A stretch of 64,000 nt of DNA from Antedon mediterranea (GCF_964355755.1 NC_092679.1:15297432-15361431); one strand, 5' to 3'. Counted from the stretch's first letter, positions 1-12,953 are shown. Program-made: numbers and translations. Notes: generated by a model from the letters alone, not told the origin.

Positions 1-51
1 TAGTGTAGTGCTTATCACGTCTGCTTTACAGGCTGAAGCCCGGGCGGAACC
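1..51 (+). pseudogene. tRNA-Val(TAC) pseudogene fragment, cut by the window edge and internally deleted
   Basis: Matches the D arm and 3' end of the intact Val copies (TATCACGTCTGCTTTACA...GCCCGGGCGGAACC), but the anticodon 3' strand and T arm are largely deleted. Confidence 0.75.
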
Positions 52-149
52 TGTTTTTTGATAAATTGTTTTTTTTTTATTATTTTATTTTAAAAATATT
101 ATTTAAAAACTTAGGCCATTTACTGATTCACCGTTATGTTATTATAAGA

Positions 150-221
150 GGCTTCGTAGTGTAGTGGTTATCACGTCTGCTTAACACGCAGAAGGTCCCT
201 GGTTCGAGCCCGGGCGAAACA
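150..221 (+). tRNA. tRNA-Val(AAC), probably degenerate
   Basis: Cloverleaf with A box and GGTTCGA B box. Anticodon loop TT-AAC-AC. Acceptor stem GGCTTCG/CGAAACA has two mismatches. A T-run terminator follows. Confidence 0.75.
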
Positions 222-432
222 TATTTTTTTAACGTTATGGTGAAAAGTACTGTATACGCAATAATATACCGTACAGTATATCTTATTTTTATTACTTTTT
301 TAATACAGTTATTTTGTTTAATCGGTAATTATCACTTTTACACATATTTATTTGGCTTTGTGCTTATACCATATTTATTTGTAATTTAAACGGATTAAAA
401 AACTTTGTGTAACCAACATCGTTGGTGTAAGT

Positions 433-504
433 GGTTTCGTAGTGTAGTGGTTATCACGTCTGCTTAACACGCAGAAGGTCCCTGGTTCGAGCCCGGTCGA
501 ATCC
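433..504 (+). tRNA. tRNA-Val(AAC), probably degenerate
   Basis: Same body with AAC anticodon. One mismatch in the acceptor stem and one in the T stem. Confidence 0.75.
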
Positions 505-767
505 TATGTTTTCAAACTTAGTGATATTGTGCAAAATATACTTTATATGATATATCTTTTTGCATATATTATTTTGTGTTAATACTTATTTTGTGGAATC
601 TATCATTATTACTAGTTTCTAAACTTCACACATGTTTATTTAACTTTGGGCTTATTACAATATCCATTAATAGTGCTGTCAATGTAGCACAAATAATAGA
701 TATACCTTGACAGAATTAGAACATAATGTATTTTTGTGGTAAATATTTATAATGACCTATCAGAACA

Positions 768-882
768 AACAAGGCCATATACATGGCTGCAGTCGCGTGG
801 TCAAATTTGAGTTAGTGTTTACCGGCCGCCCGACCAACTAACCAACCGACATAGTGAGCTGTAGAGTTGCACGCGACTAAAA
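768..882 (+). mobile_element. short DINE-1/HINE-like non-autonomous element
   Basis: AACAAGGCCA start, GTCGCG subterminal repeat, (CCGA/CCAA)n microsatellite, CGCGACTAAAAA end. Related copies at about 2236-2315 and 39462-40292 (minus). Confidence 0.55.
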
Positions 883-1087
883 ATGAAGAAAAAAATGTTG
901 TTGAAGAAATTAGGTTAATGTCCATAAACCAAAATGGCCGCTGTCTACAGTAGTTTTCTATATATCCTGTATTAGTCCAGGCAATCTAGAATTTAAAGTC
1001 AAACAAATTGCAAACAAAGCTTTTATTTTGTAATTGAACACATATGACGTGGAGATGAAATTCCACAAAAAACTAATGTAGAAGTAG

Positions 1088-1403
1088 AAGAGTGGCGGAG
1101 CGGTTAAGACAGTGGAACCGTAATTACGTAGCCATAACATCGGCAGGGGTTCGAGGCTCACTCACTCCATGGTTCTGGTGGTAGAACGAGTCTTCTCGGA
1201 TAAGGACTATAAACCGTAGGTCCAGTGTACACATCTAGCTCGTGTGCACTTTAAAGAACCTAGTACATCTTTCGAGACGAGTAGGGGGTTACCCCGGTGT
1301 ACTAGTACATCACAGCCACTGATCACCAACTGGGCCCTCTGGGAGACCAGTCTTTGACTGAAGAGGTTACCCAGTATAAATATATATTTCAATCAATCAA
1401 TCA
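1088..1403 (+). mobile_element. tRNA-derived SINE with Deu/Nin-type central domain
   Basis: A box (TGGCGGAGCGG) and B box (GGTTCGAGGC) head. Core TCGGATAAGGACTATAAACCGTAGGTCC...TTAAAGAACC...GAGTAGGGGGTTACCCCGGTG resembles the Deu/Nin domain. (TCAA)n tail. Confidence 0.75.
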
Positions 1404-2499
1404 AGCCTCTATTACATCTATTAAGGAGACACCCATACATCAACCAACTAACAAGAGGGGACACTTTTGTTGTCTCAAAGGTTTCCCCATAATAGAGGTT
1501 CTACCTATCCAAATTGAATTAGTCCTCCAGATAAACTCTTTAAGTAAATACAGATAAAGTCAAAATTCTTAACGTTAGTATTATAAATAATAATAATAAC
1601 AATAACGTTGGTGGCGTTTAACGCTAATGACTGTATTTTGATCATTTCTTTTCAACGGCTGACTATTTTAAAATTTGTTTTGAAAATTCTTTTAAAACTG
1701 AAAATGTATGATCGTTTGTTTATTTTCATGCAAGGACACTAAACTATCTTTTGACATCTTGGAAAATAAATCCATAAATCAATCAAATAACGTGTGAAGA
1801 CACATTTTTAAAACTTTATTTTACTAGGCCTCTCGATGTAATTACGTGTTAGTGACAGGGCGAAGCCAAGCGGTCTATGTACCATTATCATACCTCAGTC
1901 ACGTAGGCTACGTTCAGATGGCCTAACTTGTTGGCCAGATTGGAGACATTACGGAAATAATGCTATGGAAATATGCGATGATGTACATGATATTGTTTTG
2001 GATTTTCAAGGTAGGAGTGTTCATTTATTGTTTTGATATACGGTACAGTATCGAATTTTCTAACTGGCAAACTTGGTTCCCACTAGGATGCAACGTAAGA
2101 ACGTAGACGCAACGTATCAACGTAAGAACATAACCTAATTACGTGTCACAAGTGGGAACATATGGCGCGTCGTAACGTAAGCACGTAGTATATTCAAAAT
2201 TTTCAATAACATCCCAACATAATCATTATTACAGTAGTCGCGACTCTACATCTCAATTTGGGCGGTCGGTAAACACTAACTTGATCACGCGACTGCAACC
2301 ATCTATGACCTTGTTTTTACGTAGTTTATATCAGCTGCTGCTTTTACGGATTTTTTACGGATTCAAAAAATTGCAAAACGTTCGGCGTGTTTCCAAAATG
2401 TATATTCATTTTTTTTATATATTTGAGTGAACGTGAACGAAGTTCACGTCCACATGGGCCGTACCTGAGTAGTCGACAGGTATATACACGTTTAGATTA

Positions 2500-2661
2500 A
2501 AGCTTGGTTCCCACTAGAACGTAACGCAGGACGTCAACGCAACGCAAGCGTTTTAACCAATGACAAGCGAAGTTATAGACAGTTAGCAATCACAAGCGAA
2601 TAAGCCATCGCTTGTGATTGGTCAATTCACTTGCGTTGCGTCGCTAGTGGGAACCACGCTT
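2500..2661. mobile_element. MITE, AAGCTTGGTTCCCACTAG family
   Basis: TIRs AAGCTTGGTTCCCACTAG / CTAGTGGGAACCACGCTT, flanked by TA. Many copies in the window. Confidence 0.85.
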
Positions 2662-2715
2662 TAGAGGACATTTACGTTGACGTGTCAGTACGTATGACGT
2701 GATGACATTTACCTT

Positions 2716-2896
2716 AAGCTTGGTTCCCACTAGAACGTTACGCAAGGACGTAAACGCAACGCAAGCGTTTTAACCAATGACAGGCGAAGTTATAGACAGT
2801 TGGCAATCACAAGCGAATAAGCCATCGCTTGTGATTGGTCAATTCACTTGCGTTGCGTTACGTCGTTGTGTTGCGTCGCTAGTGGGAACCACGCTT
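2716..2896. mobile_element. MITE, AAGCTTGGTTCCCACTAG family
   Basis: Full-length copy with both TIRs. TACCTT lies on both flanks. Confidence 0.85.
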
Positions 2897-3094
2897 TACC
2901 TTGTAATCTCTAGTCGCTCTTGTCAGTGGGCCGGTTGAAGTACAGTACATGGGCTTAGTGTGCGCTTAAATCCAATGTCTTTTTCCATATATTATTGTAA
3001 TTAACTATTGTCTAATTATATTACTATATTGTTAAACGCCGTTCAACAGATAACAACAATATTTATTAACAAATAAATAATTACATTAATTTTA

Positions 3095-3742
3095 CAACAA
3101 CCTCCGCCTAATGTAAAATTCTCCTACATAAGATTTCACTGGGAAAAAAAATATAGGGCCTATATATTTTGCTTTGTGTGATTAGGCTAATTTCACTACA
3201 ACCATGTGTATGCAAATTTGATGTAATGGTTATTATGTAACCAGCCTTTCAACTAACAATAGTTTCAGTTGACTAACAATAAAACAGAAACGTCAAAAAC
3301 AAACGGGTGAATTTGAAAAGAAATAGGTTTTTAAAACTACTATATCATACACTTGTACATTACATCTAATTATGTTTTAAAATTACAAATCACAAATTAT
3401 AACTATTGCTTCTTGTACAAAAATGAATACAAGTACATGTAAGTTCTCGAGAAAATGCAATTTCAGTTTACTTGTTACTTTAAGACTGCTCGCCGGCTTT
3501 TGAAAATTGTCTTTCCTATCTTTTAACACTAGGCCTACCAGTTCTGAAAATAATTCTAAAAAGTGGTCTGTGGTCCGGATTGCCTCCAAAATTTAATGGA
3601 GTGGTCCTTGACCACATATCTATCTATAATTTCATTTTGGGAAAGATCTTGTAATTAATTGTTGAGTAATCCTGCTAAAAAACAAACCGACAGACACACG
3701 CAATCGACTACATATTATACAGTACCTCCTTGGCGGAGCTAA
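3095..3742 (+). mobile_element. Helentron-like non-autonomous element (HINE/DINE-1 type)
   Basis: ACCTCCGCC subterminal repeat, body shared with the 58583-62471 copies, CAAA/CAGA microsatellite and terminal hairpin ACCTCCTTGGCGGAG. Confidence 0.7.
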
Positions 3743-4018
3743 ATAATAAAATCGTAAGATATCGAATATAATTATCTATCTATATATTTTTGTAATTAAT
3801 TTATACAACGAAGAATATCCATTGGATGTATAGGCCAACATAAAGATAATTAGGGGATACTGTACCTTTCAGACCAAACAACAAAGTGAACTTAAATGAA
3901 TTTTGAAAATGATGTGATGATATTGTTTGAAGTTAACAAACGATACGATATGCTACACATAGACATTATTAACATTATAAAATGTACTGTAATCACAAGA
4001 TACTTCAAACACCATAAT

Positions 4019-4163
4019 ATGGTAGTGAATTTTATATAGTCTGTTTTTTTAACATCAAATGTCCCTTAATAGGTTTCCCCAGCGGTGTGTATCAAAGGAC
4101 GGGTTCTGGGGACACCTATTAAGGTACATTTGATGTTTTGGAAATTAGAAAATTCACTACCGT
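4019..4163. repeat. fold-back MITE-like inverted repeat
   Basis: GGTAGTGAATTTT...AACATCAAATGTCCCTTAATAGGTTTCCCCAG pairs with CTGGGGACACCTATTAAGGTACATTTGATGTT...AAAATTCACTACC. Confidence 0.7.
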
Positions 4164-4629
4164 AACGCCTAATCAAAGGACATCCGCTAAACCAGAACAA
4201 TGAATACATTTGTATTTAATATTAATATTGATTTTGCTATATTTACAGAAACACTGCTTACCAAGTGTATACAGTACGGCTTACTACTTTTGTATTTACA
4301 GTATATCATCAGAATTTAAACAGTCTATGAAAATGTATATAATTCGTAAATATCCCTTGCTTAATTATTTGTCCTAGTAACAAATAATCCATTTTAACTT
4401 GTCGTAGACGTGTAGCCGTCCTTAAGTTTTAGACTATATAATTCGGCTTAATATTCGTCAAAGAAACTGTTGGCACACATTATATATATAATATACTGTA
4501 TATAGCGTGTCGTAACTATCTTTAACTTGAAATTACATTGGTAAATAATAAACTTGTACAAACTTACAACCTAGTCGAATATGTTGAATTAGATTTGTTT
4601 GAGGTAATGTTTGTAATATTAGTATATTT

Positions 4630-7600
4630 TTATTTTTTTATAATTTTCTTACGACTTTTTATTACTTTCTTTATCGAGTGGTTCATATTGAATGCAACGA
4701 AAATAAAGAATCCTTGAAGAGAATTTAGGATTGTAAAGATATACCAAAGTACCACGTGATCAATGAATGATGCCAAGTAGCCAAATACCCACGTTAGTCC
4801 CATGATCGTTGAAATCTGGAAAAAAATGCAACATTTTAAATAAACTATATTATTTGTAATTAATACTGTATTTAGATTCAATTGGCGATAGTTAAACAAC
4901 GTGAACAAGCCCTTGATATACAGTAAGATTTATATCTATGTAGTCACCATTTGGGGGTTTTTTTTTTTGTTTTTTTTTTTGTTTTTTGGTTTTAATAGGA
5001 TATTTATACTAAACTGTTTTACTTCAACAACAATACTATATAATTAGATTTATATAACATTTAATTTTAAAGATATATTGTCCCCCTGAAAAAAAATCCT
5101 TTTTTTTTATAAATGTTTTTGTTGAATATGTCATTTTAATGACACATAATAGTTATTCAATATTACCAAAAATTGGGAGAATTTAAACGTTTATTGTGTT
5201 TTTTACAAGTGAAAATTTTGTTTATTTTTTCTACGGAAGTGATTACTGTAACTTTATTAAAACAACAAAATGCCCTATTCAAAGTCTTTTTTGTTTAAAT
5301 TATTCTTCACTTTTCACTTTTTGGGAGACAATACAGTATATATTTAACTTACAATTTCAAACTTGTTAACTTAAAAATTAATTATTTGACTACATTGATA
5401 CATACCCGTATGTAAATAATCATTTCTTTTCTTTGATTCTGATCTGATTTGCTACTTTGAACCGCAGCAGTTGATTGTATTGTTTTTCGTATTTCTTTAA
5501 CTGTCGCCAGAAATAGTACAATATTGGGCATAAGAATCACAGCTGTTGGAATTCCAAAGACATACAATGATGCAAGCTCATCTCGAATCCAACAAACAGT
5601 GTCATCCCCATACTTGACATTTATGCTGGTACATTCACACAAACTTAAACCAAAGATGACAGTGACGTAGATGGCTGGCAGACCCCAACTATAAATAAAG
5701 TATCTTATAAAAGACTTTCTCTGTGATTTTTTACTTCTTGGAGATCTTGATGAACCTTGGATCATCCCAAATGTGATGAAAAGTTCAATGGCCATCGAGT
5801 TCATCCAACAGAAACAGACTAACCACATATACTGCAAGACAGCCGCAACTGCTTTACATAAAGTTGTCCATTTGATAAAACTGTCTTGAAATAGGGTCAA
5901 CAGCAGCGCGATAAATAATGCTATAGAAAGGTTTAGAATCATCTTTCCAAAAAGTGTTCTTAGCTCTGCAATGACAACACGAAGCAGAATCGTAATGAAA
6001 AGACCAACAAGCGAGATCAGTGTACCAACAACACTGGTTACCAATAAAGCATCAGGATAATTGAAGAAATCAATATTTTCTTCTGCCTCTCCAGTTGTAT
6101 TCAGAAAAGAACATACCAGTAACGTCTCTTTGGATGAATCTGTATAAGTATACTGGTGTTCTTCAAATTTGGTTCCAGTTGCTCTGTAAACCAGCGTGCC
6201 ATTTCCTTGATCTGTAAATGCTGCGGTGTCTAATTGAATTTGTGGACACACATTACATGTTGGCATTGACAAAATACCACAGATTGAAGACTCATTTCCA
6301 AGTTGATAAACAAGTTCTAAAACATACATTTCATCGGGGATTTTTAAAGAAGAATTATCTGCATGGATAGTTCCTGTTAAGTTGTCATAACTCAATGCTT
6401 TATCTGCTGTCAGTAATAATCTTTCGGGTTCACATAAAAGTTTATTTTCTATTGTTTTTATAGAACAGTTCTGCCGAAATGTAACTACGCCTAACTGTGT
6501 ATCAATATCATCATCCATTACGCTATTCAATACACCATGTACTTCATAAACTACTTGGCACTTTATTTTTTCAACTGAAATAATTGTTATAGTTTTGTTG
6601 GATTTACAGTTTGAATATTCTGTTGTGTAATTAATTCCAAGTAATGCCAATCTGCTTTTAAATACATCAACAGTTCCATTCCATCCAGTTCCGTTCTCAT
6701 TTTTATATTCGTATTCAATATGCAAAGACTGCTCTTCTATGTTGCACTCACAAAATATGTTTTTAGGTATGCTGACGGTGATTGAGCTACAATCCGATGA
6801 AGTAGAACGCCCAATGCATCTGGAACCTTCCAGTTTGAATCCATCTTTGCATGTTAGTTCAATACATTGGTTAGTAAATGGATCAAAGACGCCGGTTGAG
6901 CAACTAACTTCCATGTTACTATATGATACGTAGGGTAAATCAGCAGGGATACTATTTTCACCGGTAAAGTCAATTATAAATGTGATATCAGATAATCTTC
7001 TATCTGTAGTTCTAAACATTTCGTCGGAGTCAGGATTACATGCATAATGTGACATGTTGTTGCAAATTGCGTAGTGTTGATTGAAGTATACGTTACCACT
7101 GGCATATACTATAGATTTGAAGCAGGGACTAATAACGGTTTCATTCACGTAATTATTATTACATTGTGATCGAGATTTTGGTGCGCATGGGCGCCCTTTA
7201 TTTTTGGTTCCTGATGGTGGATTAAAACTCACATAAGGGCATAATTGATCATTGCTAAGTAATTCTTCGTATATTGAAGTTTGGGATGAATCAGTGCCAG
7301 AAGAAGAGTTAATAAAAAAAGATTGGTTGAACTCCGAGCTGAAAACTTCATCGATACAGAAAAAAAACATCTCCCAAGCTGTTATATTCGTGATTGCAAC
7401 ATCATTACACAAAGCACAGAATATATTCTTGTAGATATTATACTCTTTATCCGATACAATAACTTCTAACAGAGCATCCCCCGAATCAGGATGTTCACAT
7501 TTGTCGATTGTACTTGTCCCAACAGAACTATTAACTCTACAAAATGCTATTGCATAAATTCCGTCTTCGAGACATTCATATTTCCTAGAAACCGTTTCCG

Positions 7601-9031
7601 TATACGTAGGTTCAGATGTATGCCTACAAGCAGACCAGTAGTCGTAGCAACAATCACCAAAGTATTCGCAGGCAGCATCGCATCCACATTCTTTTTCCCG
7701 AATAGGTGGATTGCCACATCTATCATCTGAGTCTTCTTCATCGCAAAGATGAAATCCTGGGCAAAATTCAATACCAGTTCTATGTGTGTTGTCTAATTTA
7801 AATAAAAAGTTAAACTCAGTTATTGTACAAGTTTGGTGATCGTGATCGTAAACCAAAATCCTAACCCTAACTTATCCCATATTTCGTGATACAACGTCAC
7901 ATATTGTATATGATTTACATTATGTATGCCTGCCTAGACGTTAGTCGACGCTATCATCGTTAATCGTTAAAAGTTCAACGATGATCGTTGAAAACGATCA
8001 AGTTGAAATGATAACGATAGCGCGAACATTTGAATTTCTAGCGTTGAACGTTTGAGTGGAAACTCCTGTCTTCTTCTCTCGACGTCATCGTAAAGCGAAA
8101 GAATAAATAGAGACTCGATCCCCTGCCTCTCATAGTGTAGGAGACGTGGGCCTAGGCATACTACTATCTCTCTAATGATGGTTCTTCGTTCTGAGTAGGC
8201 CTATCCTAGTCCAAATAGCATTTTGGACTAGGCTGAAGACTTAGACCTACCTATATCCCCACGCCTACTTTCCGGAACATCATTTTATACAGTCACTTTT
8301 GCAGGGCTAGGCCTAGCTTTGACCGCGCCGCAATGCAACAAAAATAAATGTAGTCAGCAGAATTTTTCATCAATTACGTGACGTCATGTTCTGTATCGCC
8401 AAGATGATTGGTCAGTTCTTACGTTTTAGCGTTGCGATATCGCTATAGTGGAACTGGATTCAACTCTTGCGATTGTCAACGTTTGCTACTTGTACCGTCG
8501 ATTAATACACCTTTTTCTGTAAATCGCCGACGATTTGTATCATCGTCGTTAGTTAAAAGTACCTTTGCCTATAAATCGTTCAAATTTCAATGTTTACGTA
8601 GGAGATTGCCGATTATTGTCATCGATAGCGTCGAATAACGTCGACATGAAAACAGGCTTTAAGAGCTTTGCACACCTGTTGATGTAAATAAAATCGCGTC
8701 TTAATGTTCCGTTTTCACGACGCTCTATACGGCTCGCACCCAATCATTTTACTTTATAATGCGAGTAAAGAAGCTGACGCTGCACAGGAGGAAGATGAGG
8801 TTTGAAAGACCCTTCAACCTAAACTTCACTTCGTGAAAATAGAATTTCGTCTTTCACATTATGACATTATTTTTCGTACCATCGCCCTCATATACAATGA
8901 ACTATTCAGAAGGAAAAAACAAAAAAATACTCACTATACGACGTGGACGTTAGTGGGGGAATAACGTTGCTAAGAACGATAACTAGATAACATACTCTAA
9001 AAATCTGTTGAGCTTGTAGCCCTACTTTCAT
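4630..9031 (-). CDS. class B / adhesion-like (Methuselah-like) 7TM GPCR with somatomedin-B and Cys-rich ectodomain, paralog 1 (about 889 aa)
   Basis: Exons 9031-8935 (MKVGLQ...CYLVIVLSNV signal peptide, phase 1), 7792-5406 (SMB CGCDAACEYFGDCC, TM1-5 with family-B motifs WMNSMA, YSWGLP, CWI) and 4815-4630 (ISTIMGLTWVFG...NSLQGFFIF). All introns are GT-AG and in frame. Confidence 0.9.
5071..5343. mobile_element. TTAA-flanked MITE (Kolobok/T2-like), degenerate, intronic
   Basis: TTAA-AGATATATTGTCCCC start and GGGAGACAATAC end. Homologous to 46790-47030. Confidence 0.65.
7925..8661. mobile_element. degenerate TIR non-autonomous DNA transposon in receptor intron
   Basis: GACGTTAGTCGACGCTATC near the left end is the inverse of GATAGCGTCGAATAACGTC near the right end. 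CpG-rich relative to the flanks. Confidence 0.5.
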
Positions 9032-9140
9032 TTTACGATCTGGAAAACAATTTCAATTAGATGTTTTAAAAATGATGTGAATACTTAGTAAAGTATATTA
9101 TACAAACAAGAAAATCATTATTGCATGATGTATAGAGATA

Positions 9141-9191
<51 letters not shown>

Positions 9192-9194
9192 TTT

Positions 9195-9392
9195 AAACGA
9201 TAAGATGAGGAAATCTATGAGTATGAGAATGAGAAAAAGTCGCCCCAACCGTGACTCGAACCCGGACTTTCTGCTTGATATGCAGCTGTCCTAACCATTA
9301 GACCACTGGGGCTTTCATGGTATTGTTCAAACTCGATTGGAGCGACTCTTTAACATTATCGGCATGGTACAGCGGAACAGTACTAGACTATA
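9195..9392 (-). mobile_element. (TA)n-associated repeat containing a tRNA-like cloverleaf (ATC anticodon loop)
   Basis: Minus strand reads GCCCCAGTGGTCTAATGGTTAGGAC...GGGTTCGAGTCACGGTTGGGGC. A second truncated copy lies at about 37588-37687, also next to (TA)n. Confidence 0.65.
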
Positions 9393-9934
9393 CATAAAAT
9401 GTATATTAAAATATTTGCAAACGGATGGTGTTCAGTTCATTTGTAATTGAGCAATAATCAACCGTTTCTGTTAAAAGACAGTTATATTTTTTACCGGGTA
9501 ATTTTCTTCATTGAAAAAACTGATCGATTGTAAATTTACTTACGGTACTTTAATACTGCAGTATAGCCCCTTTGGGACATCCCTGCTTAGGGAAACTCGT
9601 TTTAAGTGGATACGGTGGAAAATCTCTATTAAGGGGACAAAATTACTTACCTGTTAACTTACAAATTGCCAAGCATAGAGCATTCTTTTGATCGAAGACC
9701 AATCCTACTGTATTAACAAAACATAGGCACATTTCAATTTCAATTGCAAGATGTCGTTTCGTCACCCTACAACTTATTCTGTAAACATTGTCTCTGTTAC
9801 ATCGCATGAAGTGGGATTTACGGAGAAACCAGGTTTTTATACGTTCATTACAACGTCTTGAAATCAATGTTTTATGATGTTAATCGTAAATAGAACAATA
9901 TTCATATTCTAAGTTTGAACAAGACGGATGACTA

Positions 9935-10590
9935 TTGTATAATAAAATAATTTGATAATAATTTTTAAAAATGAATGGCTTACTTTTCATAATTAAAATG
10001 ATACATTTTAATTATCTCATAGTACAGTGTAGTATTAGATTGATTTATGGATACAATAAATATAAGTTTAACTAATATAAGTAAGCGTTGGAGATCGGGA
10101 TTAATGACAATAGGGTCTACTCTTTAGGGTTCAGCATAATAAACAAACAAACGAATATAATAGTAAACAAAAAAAGAAAGCTTTGTTTATATAGTTTGAA
10201 CAATGTAAGACAGATGAATAATGTATAATCAAATAATATAATAATAATTATACAAAATCAATGGCTTACTTTTCATAATTAAAATGATACATTTTAATTA
10301 ACTCATAGTACAGTATAGCATTAGATTTATTAATGAATACAATAAATATAAGTTTAACTAATATACTGTTACGGGCTCGCTCGTTAGGCTGAAACCAACA
10401 ATAAGAACATAACAAAACACGTTGTAGTTGTCGTCCATCTTTATTCATCTCCTCTTTTACTCTAGAGGGCTCACTTCCGTGTGACAAACCCATCACAATA
10501 CTGTAAGTAAGCCTGTAACGTTGGAGACCGGGATTAATGGCGTTAGGGCCTACACTTTAATGGGGCCCTTATGGTTCAATGTAATAAAAA
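9935..10590. repeat. diverged tandem duplication of a unit of about 200-300 bp
   Basis: AATGGCTTACTTTTCATAATTAAAATGATACATTTTAATTA...AAGTTTAACTAATATA occurs at about 9974 and 10260. Confidence 0.8.
10367..10497 (-). mobile_element. 131-bp solo LTR (Gypsy-like 4-bp TSD)
   Basis: TGTTACGGG...CCCATCACA (TG..CA, imperfect inverted ends). ATAC is duplicated at 10363-10366 and 10498-10501. Absent from the paralogous tandem copy. AATAAA on the minus strand. Confidence 0.7.
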
Positions 10591-12487
10591 AAAAAATTAC
10601 TGGTTTATGCAAATTTTTATAAAGTTTACTGTTTTAATGCAAATTGTTATTTAAGTTTATAACTTACTAGTGTTACTAGCTGATGCACATCAAATAAACG
10701 ATGAATTTCCTTGCCTCACTTGAAACTTCGATTTGCCAACTAATAAATAAATACTATACTTCTTATTGAAGAAATAATTCCATCTGGATGGATTTAAATG
10801 AAAATATGCAAACAAGTTCAGTTGAAAGATCTTGACTATGGAAATATACAAATTGAATTTTGTATAGTCTAGTTTAAAAAAGACTTATAAATGAGCGAAT
10901 AAGATATTCGATATGCTCACCTTCTTGCCATTTACTTGGCCTTTTTTTTAAAGTGGCACTCGAACATTTTGGAGAGATGGTACCAATATTAACACCAATA
11001 AAAACCACCAATTAAATAGTTTGTATGAGTTTGCTTCAGTAATAGCAATGAAGGGTTAAATTACTAAGTTAATTTTTTTTACTTATTTTACTGAGTGAAA
11101 TTTCACTCTCTGGTAATGGGGACAACGTCGCGATTTTGTGTATGCTAATCTGTCTTCTGCACACATCATTTAGGCCTAGCCAATGGGGTTGTAAATATGA
11201 CGAAACATAGAAAGGTGTGTTATTTGCAATGACTTCCCATATTTGCTCGTCCTCACTAAAAATAGCATTTTAGCTAATTTACTATGGTACTTTACGTGAT
11301 GCATTCAGAACTGTGGTGAGAAATTGTTGAGTTACCAAGTTCATGAAAGTAACTTCAATCTGATAATAAATTAGGTTCGTTTATGATATCAATAAATAAT
11401 AAACATTCATATTCATTTAACTTTAACAATATGAAATTAATGATGTCAACTTAATCAAAAAATTGTTTTAATATCATTTTAAGAGTTATTATTTATTTAT
11501 TGGGTTATTTAGTCCATTTTCGACTTTAATGTGATCATAACAAAATTATTCCTACTAATTGATTGATTGATTACTTACTACTTATTCCTTATATTGAATT
11601 AATTCACTTTAGTTAATCCTTGTAGTGGTGGGTAATATGTAATAACTAGAACGTCGATTCGATATTAAGGTCGTGAGGTAATTTCCCGCATGATCGTAAT
11701 CAAAACGGTGCTGGGTTTGGTCTACTAGCGTTCCTGCTCCCAACCAGTACATCCATTCATAGAAGCCTTGATGAAGTAAGCCTATCTGGTGGTGATCATA
11801 GAACGGTCCCGAGATAACGACTATACTTCGGCTTTAGTCGATAGAAGATTGAAATATTGTTAGAGATAGAGTATACGATGTTTGATTATGTGTAGATGTG
11901 TGATTTGTTCTATTATTCAAATGATGTTCCGCATAATAATGAAATGAAGATAGTAGTTGGGTGTAATGATTTTGTATATCAATTAATTATCCTAGACTGT
12001 ATATTATGCGATAAATATTATTTTATATATATATTTTTTAATATTTATTGTTATGATTATAATATTAATAAAAAGATATTTGTTAGTATAAATTTAATTT
12101 AAATATAGATATAAAGAAGAAAAGAAAAGAGATTATAGAGCGGCTATTCCTGAATATACAATACTAAGTATCGTAATTTTAAATTTATACATTTTAGGCG
12201 ATCTTGTCAAATGTCAAGCGCCTATAGCCTGCCACGTTTCGATATTAAATATTGAACTTGATCGATTTTCCTGGCAGATCTCCTAACTCTCCCGAGAATA
12301 GTACAAGCGTCCAGGTATTTCGAGTCTTCTCCCGCTCTCCCGCTAAAATGCAATTTCTTATGATATAGGGTAAACAAAAAACTATCCAGATATTTATCGT
12401 ATCTCGTATCTACTACTCTTGACAGAGAATATTAAACGAACTAGCATCGGTCCATAAGTAGTTTGTAATAATGTATGCTTTGCTTAA

Positions 12488-12953
12488 AGATGTATTGTCA
12501 CTTGAAACACAAAAAATGAAGGTCAAAATATTCTAATTTTAAATTGGCCATATCAAAGTAATTTTAAAGTTAAGTTGAAAATTCGAGCCAAAAACAACAA
12601 GTTTACGTAATTAACAGGTAAATTAATTTGATTACATTTCGTCCGGAAAATCGTCGCGAGCCAAAGTAAACAAAAATTTCAAACCACGAGTATGCATTAT
12701 GCATGATGCTAATTATTTTAAAATGTGTTTTCACACATATCGCGAGGAAGTTTTATGATTATGCATACAGAGTAGCCAAACAAGCGCGTTGCCTTATGAG
12801 ATATGTTTTGTTGACTGGAAGTCCAAGTAATTTTTTGAACAAAAAAAACATCTGTATTTCAGTTAAATGATTTTTCGACAAATTTTTGGTGAAAGTTAAT
12901 AACTATTATAATAGTTCAAAATGACCCACTTTAGTCAAAGGGACAATACATCT
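12488..12953. mobile_element. TTAA-flanked MITE (Kolobok/T2-like)
   Basis: TTAA|AGATGTATTGTC ... GACAATACATCT|TTAA. Confidence 0.8.

Noticed and set aside
7793-7856. ORF-track N-terminus of the 824-aa receptor and its VCINVVK C-terminus
   Set aside because: Intronic read-through. Splice sites at 7793 and 5405 and a separate signal-peptide exon explain the real ends.
7858-7872. CCTAACCCTAAC telomere-like motif
   Set aside because: Only about two units; not an interstitial telomeric array.
11665-11845. U11 or U3 snRNA identity for the structured island
   Set aside because: Only short word matches (GTCGTGAG, GGTGATC..GGTCCCG, GACTATACTT). No Sm site or box motifs in the right order.
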